A stretch of DNA of 52,926 nucleotides from a virus (taxonomy: Duplodnaviria; Caudoviricetes). Every line of letters starts with the position of its first letter. Position 1 is the stretch's first letter. Position numbers and translations under genes: made by a program. Under the pieces are notes generated by a model, which worked only from the letters and a program-made list of their open reading frames with translations, was not told the DNA's origin and did not search any database. Location of the stretch: positions 1-52,926 of the IMG/VR virus record IMGVR_UViG_3300038555_000005, one strand, 5' to 3'. Below, one piece after another: positions 45,688 through 52,926 of this stretch.

Positions 45688-46678
45688 GGTCGACCTCCCC
45701 GGCGGTGTGCTCGGCGTCGAAGCGTGCGGCCTCGGCGGCCTCGTACTCCTCAGGCGTCATCTCAGGACCGGGGGCGGCTGTGGCCGGCACTCCTGTTGCT
45801 TCGGGGTGGTCTCCGTCAGCGGCCTCACCGCCCCCGGTGGTCTCGTCATCGACCACATCGGCGTCGATCGTCTGTTCCTCGCGGGCGAGCATTCCCGCGC
45901 GAGCCAGGAACGCGGCGCGGAGCTTGTCGTTGCCCTCGCCTGTCGCTTTGAGGCGGTCACCGATCGCGTCCAGCTCGGTACGCGTGGTGGCAGCAGCGAA
46001 CAACGCCTGCCAGTCCTCTGACGGCTCGACCACCGGCTCCGGCTCAGCGATTGGGATACCGCCATCGCTCATCTCCTCGGTGCTGTAGAGACCGAACAGC
46101 ACGTCGGCGAACCCTTCGCGGCCGACCTCGGACATAGCGCGCCAGACCGGCAGGAGCTCTGCGTACGACTCCCACGGCTTCGCGTGGCCCCTATCTGACC
46201 GCGCGCGCACCTCCCAGACGCCGGATGCGTTCGGCTGGTAGCTCTGCACGAGGCCCGCGCGGATCGCTCGGGGGATGTCCCACGTCGAGGTGAATACGGA
46301 TCCGTCGTCGGCGCGGGTGCCCGTGACGGTGACCGCGTAGTCCCCGCCAGGGATCGTGCCGCTCTTGAGGATCTCGAGCTTGTGTCCGGCCTTTCGGATC
46401 AGCGCCCCCATGAGGCGCGCCGAGAGAGTGGCCTTGCCCTCCACCACATCGATGGACTGGAGCGCTGCAGCGGGCATCAGGCCGAGCATCGCGCCCGTCT
46501 CCATGACGAGCAGAACCTTGCCGGGGGACGGTGCCGCCGGGATGACGTTCCCGTTCAGGTTCGTGGCGGAGTTCCAGAGCCCTTTCGGGATCAGGTCGCC
46601 GGCGGCAGCGAGGGTCTGGGCGTACTTCATCCGGTCGTTGAGGGATGCGGCTTCGTAGGCGACGACAGCGGTGGACAT
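45680..46678 (-). CDS. RecT-like single-strand annealing protein
   Basis: GAMLGL.P..ALQSI.VVEGK..LSA.LM.AL, W.SY, F.DVL.GLY..EEM; downstream of exonuclease. Confidence 0.8.
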   Translation of the reverse strand: MSTAVVAYEAASLNDRMKYAQTLAAAGDLIPKGLWNSATNLNGNVIPAAPSPGKVLLVMETGAMLGLMPAAALQSIDVVEGKATLSARLMGALIRKAGHKLEILKSGTIPGGDYAVTVTGTRADDGSVFTSTWDIPRAIRAGLVQSYQPNASGVWEVRARSDRGHAKPWESYAELLPVWRAMSEVGREGFADVLFGLYSTEEMSDGGIPIAEPEPVVEPSEDWQALFAAATTRTELDAIGDRLKATGEGNDKLRAAFLARAGMLAREEQTIDADVVDDETTGGGEAADGDHPEATGVPATAAPGPEMTPEEYEAAEAARFDAEHTAGEVDRD

Positions 46679-47283
46679 CAGAACGGGGTCCTTTCGAGGC
46701 GGGCGGCGTTCACGCCGGCGAGTACTTCGTGCGCGATCGGCACGATGAGGTTGAGAGCGGCCACGATCTGTGGGTGGTCACGGGGGAAGGTGATGGTTTC
46801 GGGGTCGCGGCGGAGTCGCCACGGCTCAGGACCGAACGCGCGGACGAGCTCGCCCCAGGTGAAGTCGACGGCGTCGTACTCGGGCAGTACATGGAGCTGC
46901 CATGCCATCTGCCGGATCTCGCGCGGGGTCGGGCCCGTCACGACCTTCATGAGCTTCGCTTTCGTCTCGACGATGCGGGAGCCGCGGATGCCGTCGACCG
47001 TGGCGCCGAACTGCTTCTCGTCCGGGTGATGAATCAGGAGGCTGTTCGGCTCCGCGCCAGCCCATGCCAGCAGCAGCGGCTCCCACTGGTTGCCGGTCCT
47101 GGTCGCCTCGTTGCCCTTGAAGTCGCGCGGGGCGCGCATTTGCCGGACATACGTCTCAACGCTCTGGGGCTTCGCGAACGCCCCGGCCTGGTAGGAACCG
47201 ATCACGCGACCATGTGCCTGGTCCCATGAGGATGGATCCGCACTGTCGGCGAGAGTCCTGTCCAGGATCGCGAGCGCGCTCAC
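46678..47283 (-). CDS. RecE/YqaJ-like exonuclease
   Basis: IGS, G...EP, ATVDG...VETK, QMAWQL.V. Confidence 0.78.
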   Translation of the reverse strand: MSALAILDRTLADSADPSSWDQAHGRVIGSYQAGAFAKPQSVETYVRQMRAPRDFKGNEATRTGNQWEPLLLAWAGAEPNSLLIHHPDEKQFGATVDGIRGSRIVETKAKLMKVVTGPTPREIRQMAWQLHVLPEYDAVDFTWGELVRAFGPEPWRLRRDPETITFPRDHPQIVAALNLIVPIAHEVLAGVNAARLERTPF

Positions 47284-47552
47284 TCGGCACCGCCGAAATA
47301 GTCGATGAGACGCTGCGCCTGGGCGCCCTCCACGAGTAGCCCCTCCCACACGAAATCCGGGCACGAGATCCAGATGAGCGAAGCGCGACCGTCAGGGTCG
47401 AGACCGACCTTCCAGACGGCGCGGTTGCGGAGCGTCGCGGCGAGGACGATCACATTCACGTGGGATGCGAGGGCCTCCTCTGTAACGGACTCGTGCCCGG
47501 CGCAGTGACGCGCCACGAACTCGATGACGGTGGACCCTGTCTGCTCGCCCAT
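47280..47552 (-). CDS. Hypothetical protein
   Basis: 90 aa, coupled. Confidence 0.6.
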   Translation of the reverse strand: MGEQTGSTVIEFVARHCAGHESVTEEALASHVNVIVLAATLRNRAVWKVGLDPDGRASLIWISCPDFVWEGLLVEGAQAQRLIDYFGGAE

Positions 47553-48805
47553 CACGCCGCCTCCTCGTCTGCGAGCGCACCGTCGCGGACGGTGAAACCG
47601 ATGCTGCGGGACTCGTCGCGGTCGCGCTCGACCAGCACCGTGTAGCCGCGCTCGTCGGCGACCTCACGGATCGCGGCGAGGGAGTCCGCATCGAGCAGGT
47701 CACCGTCCTTGACGATGACGAGCTTGAGCTTCGGGTCCCCGGCAGTGGCGATCGCGAACGCGACACGACGGCGCATCGCGGAATTCACCTGCGAGAACGG
47801 GACGCCATTGAGCGTCACGCCGTCGTCATCGACCGAGAGCCCGTCCACGGGGAACGTCGCGGCGGCGAGCCCTTCGGCCTTCACCTTCGAGATCCGGTCC
47901 AGCTCGCCCTGCGCGGTCTGATGCGCGGCATCCGCGACCTGCAACTCGCCGGAGACGGTGAGGTACTGGCGACCGGCGCGAATCGCCGCGTTCGTGTCCT
48001 CCACGGCGGCGAGACGCTCCCGGAGCGGAGCGATATCGACAGGCGAGGGAAGCGTGTTCAGCTCCGCCGCGGCGACCTCCTGCAGTCGCTGCGCCTCGTC
48101 GCGCTGACGGGTCAGGTCCGCGATCTGCTGATCCAGCGCCTCCCATCGCGCACCGTGCGCGTCGTAGGAGGCATTGGCGAGCGACCGACGCTGCTCGATC
48201 TCCTGCGCGGCCTGAATCTCGTCGAGGAGGTCCTGCGCGGAGACCTCGGCGTCGGGGAGACCCGGAGAGGGCTTCGGCAAGGACGCGAGCGCACCCTCCA
48301 GCCGCTTCACCTCACGGCCGGCTTCGAGGCGGCGGTCCTCCGCGGCCTTCTTATCGCGAGTGAGCTCATCGAGGTCGAACGGCAGCGTCACCTTCTGGAG
48401 GAGCGCCTCGCGCTGGTCCTTCGCTGGCAGGTTGAGGAAGGCGACGGGGTCGAAGATCGCGCCGCCCAGCAGTGAGGCGACGACGTCGGCGGGGCGGGAG
48501 TACTTCGCACCGTCGAGCGTCTCGACGGCAAGCGTCCCCGCGGTGCCGTTCTTCGTCCAGCGGCGCGTGATCTTGAGGTCGAGGTCCTGGTCAACGTACT
48601 CGGCGCGCGCCTCGTCCGCGCCCTCGCGGATCGGCATGGGGGTGAGCTTGGTGCCCTTCGGGTCGAACAGCTCGGTGATCGCGTCGATGAAGGATGACTT
48701 GCCCGCGCCGTTCGACCCGGCGATGACGACGAGTCGGCCGCTCGGCTGCAGGGTGATCTCGCGCACGCCCTTGTAGTCGCTGACGCTGAAGGTCGGGGAG
48801 GTCAT
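47552..48805 (-). CDS. AAA ATPase, SMC/RecF-like with coiled coil
   Basis: Walker A GSNGAGKSS, long coiled coil, IVKDGDLLD. Confidence 0.88.
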   Translation of the reverse strand: MTSPTFSVSDYKGVREITLQPSGRLVVIAGSNGAGKSSFIDAITELFDPKGTKLTPMPIREGADEARAEYVDQDLDLKITRRWTKNGTAGTLAVETLDGAKYSRPADVVASLLGGAIFDPVAFLNLPAKDQREALLQKVTLPFDLDELTRDKKAAEDRRLEAGREVKRLEGALASLPKPSPGLPDAEVSAQDLLDEIQAAQEIEQRRSLANASYDAHGARWEALDQQIADLTRQRDEAQRLQEVAAAELNTLPSPVDIAPLRERLAAVEDTNAAIRAGRQYLTVSGELQVADAAHQTAQGELDRISKVKAEGLAAATFPVDGLSVDDDGVTLNGVPFSQVNSAMRRRVAFAIATAGDPKLKLVIVKDGDLLDADSLAAIREVADERGYTVLVERDRDESRSIGFTVRDGALADEEAA

Positions 48806-49038
48806 GCGGACACCGCCTCGTACTTGGCGCGGAGGTCTTCGACGCGGATCGACGCGATCTTGCCCTTGCGGTGCGGGTGGGTGTCGTTGCGGAGGACGCG
48901 ATACCCGACCGGGTTCGACAGGGTCGGCGCGCTGATCACCTCGATCTCGCGGATGCGCTTGCCGCCGCGGGGACCGGCAGGCAGGGTCTGCCGCCAACGT
49001 GAGCCGACGGTGATGGAGGTGACGGAGAGATCGTTCAT
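48802..49038 (-). CDS. Hypothetical protein
   Basis: 78 aa, GAAAGG RBS. Confidence 0.65.
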   Translation of the reverse strand: MNDLSVTSITVGSRWRQTLPAGPRGGKRIREIEVISAPTLSNPVGYRVLRNDTHPHRKGKIASIRVEDLRAKYEAVSA

Positions 49039-49217
49039 GGCTTATGCGCCTTTCGAGAATCGGTAGTTGAGAAGGCTCCGAACGTCCAGCAGACGGTGAC
49101 GAAGCAGAGAGAGAAGATGACGACGACGACGGTGGACCAGAGTCCGTATGGGGCGAAGAACAGGCAGGCTAGGCACTCGACGCCAAGAAGGATGGCGAGC
49201 CAGCGGACGGCGGCCAT
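49035..49217 (-). CDS. Small 2-TM membrane protein
   Basis: MAAVRWLAILLGVECLACLFF... Confidence 0.6.
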   Translation of the reverse strand: MAAVRWLAILLGVECLACLFFAPYGLWSTVVVVIFSLCFVTVCWTFGAFSTTDSRKAHKP

Positions 49218-49639
49218 CAGAAGCACGCCGAGCATGTGCAGTGGGCAACAACGCGCGGCCGGTAGTGGCAGCGACGAGACGGCTCGTGGGCGGGCGCACC
49301 AGGCTGCTTGCACATCTCGCACGGCTCCGCGAGGGCACCCACATACACCTCCGGGTACACGCCTCGCTCGAACGCGGAGAACGCGCCCTCGTCATCCGCG
49401 AGGGAGTGTCCCGCGAGCTCTTCGGCGAGGGTGAGCCACTTTCCCCACAGAGTGGGGTCGAGCGTCGCGGCAGCCGCCATGCGAGCGGCCGACTCGACCG
49501 GGGCAGCGCTCCCCACCGTGCCCCGGTCGGTCGTGCCGGAAACCCCAGCCGGCGAGCCGACCCCCAGAGTCGGCTGATTCAGAATGTGGCTCGTCGCCAG
49601 GCGCGGAGACAGGACCACGGGTACAATCGGAGTGAGCAT
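49217..49639 (-). CDS. Hypothetical protein with C-terminal Cys/His motif
   Basis: GAAAGGAG RBS; HEPS.RC...HCTCSACF. Confidence 0.65.
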   Translation of the reverse strand: MLTPIVPVVLSPRLATSHILNQPTLGVGSPAGVSGTTDRGTVGSAAPVESAARMAAAATLDPTLWGKWLTLAEELAGHSLADDEGAFSAFERGVYPEVYVGALAEPCEMCKQPGAPAHEPSRRCHYRPRVVAHCTCSACF

Positions 49640-49698
49640 CTCGAGTGCTCCTTTCTGCGATTCGCCCCCGTGCCAGCGGGGGCGTTTCTCTTTGTGGA

Positions 49699-49848
49699 TC
49701 AGGCGGCGTGGGCCGCGAGGCGTTCTGCCTCAGCGCGTGCCTCGCGCTCCGCGAGGTTCCGCATGATGCGTGCGCCAATCTCGCCGGACCGTCGCCACGC
49801 CTCATCGGAGGGAGCTCTCCGGATCTCGGGGAGCGGCGTGACAGTCAT
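49699..49848 (-). CDS. Small 49 aa protein after Cro
   Basis: MTVTPLPEIRRAPSDEAWRRSGEIGARIMRNLAEREARAEAERLAAHAA; ATGA overlap with cro stop. Confidence 0.55.
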   Translation of the reverse strand: MTVTPLPEIRRAPSDEAWRRSGEIGARIMRNLAEREARAEAERLAAHAA

Positions 49849-50108
49849 GCTGCGGCCGGGACGGTGATGGTCTGCGTCTGCGTCGGAGCAGCGACGTCGA
49901 CGATGGTGAAGACGTCCTCGAACTTCACCGGGAACGTGAGAAGCACGGACGAGATGAACTTTGGTCCAGGGGCCGTTTCACCGTTGAGAGCCCGTGACAC
50001 CGTGCCCTTGTCGAGGCTGAGTGCGGCCGCGAGGGCCTGCACCGTGTCGAGACCCTGGGACGCTCGCACCGCGGCGAATGCCTCCGTGTCGATGCTGAGA
50101 GTGGCCAT
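49845..50108 (-). CDS. Cro-like HTH regulator
   Basis: LAAALSLDKGTVSRALNG...PGPKFI; divergent from repressor. Confidence 0.85.
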   Translation of the reverse strand: MATLSIDTEAFAAVRASQGLDTVQALAAALSLDKGTVSRALNGETAPGPKFISSVLLTFPVKFEDVFTIVDVAAPTQTQTITVPAAA

Positions 50109-50128
50109 CCGCGGCACCCTTTCGCTCA

Positions 50129-50238
50129 GTTGTGCAACCAGCGATTGCTGGCCTGCAACCGAAGCTAACACCACTCTCACAGTTGTGCAACTCCGAATTG
50201 GATTGCTGCACTCCCTTGCGCTGTTGTTGTTGTGCAAC
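50129..50238. promoter_or_regulatory. Lysis-lysogeny switch with three operators
   Basis: GTTGTGCAAC at 50129-50138, 50182-50191, 50229-50238. Confidence 0.8.
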
Positions 50239-50242
50239 TACG

Positions 50243-50719
50243 ATGACAGGCATGACAGACACCCGCTGGTGGAGCTATGTGCAGACGGTTTCGGCCGGCG
50301 CGCCCAACAACGAGATCGCAGACCGCGTCGGCATCGACAAGTCGAATGTGACCCGCTGGAAGCAGGGGAGCCGGCCTGCAGTCGACTTCGTCCTGAAGTT
50401 CGCGCGCAGCTATGGCCGCCCTGTGGTCGAGGCGCTGGCCGAAGGCGAATACATCACGGACGACGAGGCGGAGATCCGCGAGGTGAAGATCGGAGTCAGC
50501 GACCTCGCCACGGTCGAGCTTGCTCGCGAGCTCTTGACGCGCGTGGAAGCCGCGGAGACGCCCGCCGCTCCGCTGCGCGCGCTGAATGTCCCCACCTCCA
50601 CAGAGGATCTTGAGATGCGCCCTCCGCGAACCATGGATCGCAGCAAGATCGCGGCCAAGGATCGGACGCCTCGCGAAACAGATCAGGCCGCCCCCGGCGA
50701 GCACCCCGCTGACCACTGA
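50243..50719 (+). CDS. Immunity repressor (XRE HTH)
   Basis: EIADRVGIDKSNVTRWKQG...FARSYGRPVVEAL; start 50243 or 50252. Confidence 0.88.
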   Translation: MTGMTDTRWWSYVQTVSAGAPNNEIADRVGIDKSNVTRWKQGSRPAVDFVLKFARSYGRPVVEALAEGEYITDDEAEIREVKIGVSDLATVELARELLTRVEAAETPAAPLRALNVPTSTEDLEMRPPRTMDRSKIAAKDRTPRETDQAAPGEHPADH

Positions 50720-50729
50720 GGAACAACGG

Positions 50730-51173
50730 TTGAGACAGCTTCTACGCCACGCCGCGCAGCTCGGCTACAGTGTGCGTGTCTGGGACCTCGGCGATTCGAT
50801 GGCCGGCCAGACCGACACCGTGGACCGAGTAATCACCCTGAATCTCGGGCTGACGCTCCCTGAGCATCGATCGACTCTCGCTCATGAGTGTGGTCATGCC
50901 TACTACGGCCACGACTGCACCGACCCTGTGACGGAGCGACGTGCTCGGAAGTATGCAGCAACGCTGCTGATTGATCCCAGCGAGTACGCGCGCCTGGAGC
51001 GCATCAACCCTGACCAGCACTGGCTCGCTGAGGAGTTTTCTGTGACGGTCGACATCATCGAGGACTACGAGGAGCTCTGTCTCACACCCTTGCGCGGCGT
51101 GACCTACGCCAACGCTCGCGACGGCGTAGGTCAGTGGTCGTTCATGTCGCAACGGGTGGGAGCGCTGGCATGA
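50730..51173 (+). CDS. ImmA/IrrE family metallopeptidase
   Basis: RSTLAHECGHAYYGH (HExxH), E.RA..YAA.LLI; TTG start after GAGGAA. Confidence 0.9.
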   Translation: MRQLLRHAAQLGYSVRVWDLGDSMAGQTDTVDRVITLNLGLTLPEHRSTLAHECGHAYYGHDCTDPVTERRARKYAATLLIDPSEYARLERINPDQHWLAEEFSVTVDIIEDYEELCLTPLRGVTYANARDGVGQWSFMSQRVGALA

Positions 51174-51461
51174 AGCAGTTATCCACAGGGGGAGCGCGCC
51201 TCGCGCGCACGCGATCCCCTCTCGTAAGAGAGGGGATAAGGGTCGGGTCGGGTCGGGGAAGCCGGACTCACAGAGAGACTCACGCGAGGAGTCACGGCGT
51301 GACCGTGACGCCGATCCCCGGAAAATCAGCATTTCCTGCGGTTTGCGACGACTCCGTCGAAGGTGGCTACTCAACGCGCGAGTCCTCGCGACGGGACCGA
51401 AACAGAGACGACCCGCGGCCTCTCGATGTGAGGGACACCGAGAGTCACAGTGTGACGACAA
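51170..51461 (-). pseudogene. Possible remnant of a rep-gene C-terminal/iteron region
   Basis: Minus frame reads SRRDSSRES...FPDPTRP; shares GAGTCACGGCGTGAC with the rep gene. Confidence 0.35.
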
Positions 51462-51471
51462 GGGGGACGGA

Positions 51472-52926
51472 ATGATGAACGTTCAGGGCGCCCGCGAGGG
51501 CACACAGCCCGCACAGCGACGGCGCGGTCTCGGCATGATCCGAGTGTCGAAGGAGCGCGACGGAATGACGTCGCCTGACATCCAGCGCAACGCCATCGAG
51601 TCCTTCGCCGCCGCGAACGCCATCGACATCGTCGATTGGGTCGAAGGCATCGACGAGTCGGGGTCGCGGGTTCGTTCGGCATGGTGGCCGAGACTCGACC
51701 AGTCAGTCGAACGCCTCAAGCGCGGGGAGATCGACGTCATCGTGGTGTGGAAGTTCTCCCGCACCGGTCGCAACCGGCTCAAGTGGGCCATCGCGATCGA
51801 CAGCGTTGATACCGCCGGCGGTGCGATCCTCTCCGCCACTGAGCCGATCGAGACCGCTACCGCCTCGGGCAGGTTCGCGCGGGGGATGCTCGGCGAGCTC
51901 AACGCCTACCAAGCCGACCTCATCGGGGAGGGCTGGAAGGACTCGCACGCCCGCCGATTCCGCGAAGGTAAGCCGATCAACGGCCGCCCGCGGTTCGGCT
52001 ACGTCTACGACACAGCGTCGAAGTCGTTCGCGCCGGATCCGGTGAGCGGTCCGATCCTCGCCGCGGCCTATCGGCGATACATCGCGGGGGAGAGCTTCTA
52101 CTCGCTCATCGAGTGGCTGAACAGGGGGCCGACCCGGCCTGTCGCCGGATACGGGCCGAGAGGCGGCGACGGTCTATGGACTCAGGAGACGCTGCGCCGC
52201 GTTCTGGACGCCGGATTCGGTGCCGGGGTCATCACGTACCGCGGGGAGACGAAAACGGGCGCACACGAGCCTGTGATCACCGCGGATGAGTGGGAGGCCT
52301 ACCTGGAGACGCGCAATCGCCGCCGCGTCTACCGCAGGACCGAGCGATCTGAGTACACCTACTCCGGAATCCTCTGGTGCACGTGCGGGTCCAAGATGCA
52401 CGGCAGCACCTCTGGTGGCGACCCATCGCGGGCCTATCGGTGTCGATACGGCATCGAGAAGCGCGCTCACGCGGGCGGCTACATCCTGGAGAAGCAGATC
52501 GACAAGGCCGTGCTGGCATGGCTGGGCGAGAGTCGGGACCGTGCGCACAGCGAGATCGCGGAGAGCATCAGCCGCCTCCCGGAAGTCGCACCGGTGGACG
52601 CTACTGCCGAACTCGAGCGACGTCTCGCAGAGCTCGCCAACAAGCAGGTCGTGCTCGCTGAACAGCGCCTCATCATGGGGCTCCCGCAGGCCTCCTACGA
52701 GACCCTCCGCGACAGGTGGGCGGCGGAGGCTGCCGGGCTGGAACAGGAGCTCCGAACGATGAAGAAGCGACGGGTAGCACCCCTGACGGTGCTACCCGTG
52801 CTCCTCGACCGCTGGGATGATCTGGAAGTGGCCGAGAGGCGCGAATACATCCGGTCTCTCGTGGCGCGGATCGAGATTACGCCCGGCACCCGCGCCTCTC
52901 AGCGCATCGCCATCACGCCGCACTAG
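51472..52926 (+). CDS. int: Large serine integrase
   Basis: IRVS catalytic Ser, D..SG, SRTGRN, recombinase domain RFGY, zinc ribbon CTCGSKM...YRC, coiled coil. Confidence 0.95.
   Translation: MMNVQGAREGTQPAQRRRGLGMIRVSKERDGMTSPDIQRNAIESFAAANAIDIVDWVEGIDESGSRVRSAWWPRLDQSVERLKRGEIDVIVVWKFSRTGRNRLKWAIAIDSVDTAGGAILSATEPIETATASGRFARGMLGELNAYQADLIGEGWKDSHARRFREGKPINGRPRFGYVYDTASKSFAPDPVSGPILAAAYRRYIAGESFYSLIEWLNRGPTRPVAGYGPRGGDGLWTQETLRRVLDAGFGAGVITYRGETKTGAHEPVITADEWEAYLETRNRRRVYRRTERSEYTYSGILWCTCGSKMHGSTSGGDPSRAYRCRYGIEKRAHAGGYILEKQIDKAVLAWLGESRDRAHSEIAESISRLPEVAPVDATAELERRLAELANKQVVLAEQRLIMGLPQASYETLRDRWAAEAAGLEQELRTMKKRRVAPLTVLPVLLDRWDDLEVAERREYIRSLVARIEITPGTRASQRIAITPH

Larger units (their letters stand above)
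140..52926 (-). mobile_element. Temperate siphovirus prophage (actinobacteriophage), apparently near complete; boundaries approximate
   Basis: Full module order integrase-immunity-replication-packaging-head-tail-lysis. Integrase stop is at the window end. Left boundary inferred from the host-like terminator and possible gene end at 39-140. Confidence 0.93.

Noticed and set aside
1-52926. CRISPR array, DGR/retron or IS element
   Set aside because: No regularly spaced repeats, reverse transcriptase or transposase motifs were seen by eye.

Overview
The window is one apparently near-complete temperate siphovirus prophage of a high-GC actinobacterium; the SSB sequence and gene style suggest Microbacteriaceae (inference). 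Most genes are on the minus strand. Reading right to left: large serine integrase, ImmA-like metallopeptidase, repressor/Cro switch with three GTTGTGCAAC operators, early recombination/replication genes (AAA ATPase, RecE/RecT-like pair, YfdQ-like, RuvC-like, HNH, SNF2-methyltransferase fusion, C5 methyltransferase, replication initiator, SSB, ASCH), an accessory cassette, terminase, an inserted accessory block, portal, MuF-like minor head protein, scaffold, capsid, head-tail genes, major tail, frameshifted tail chaperones, tape measure, minor tail proteins, endolysin/holins, and three rightward moron genes at the left end. The most interesting candidates are: (1) an operator-controlled operon encoding a PP-loop enzyme, a partner protein and two unannotated Arg-rich peptides that both end in GRTSGS; (2) a MuF-like protein with a CdiA-CT-like nuclease tip, no immunity ORF, and an antisense-promoter hairpin RNA downstream; (3) an Acb1-like 2H phosphoesterase coupled to a HIT hydrolase between terminase and portal; (4) a recurring GC-CAGGC-GC hairpin ahead of late genes. 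All family assignments come from motif recognition by eye; no database searches were run.
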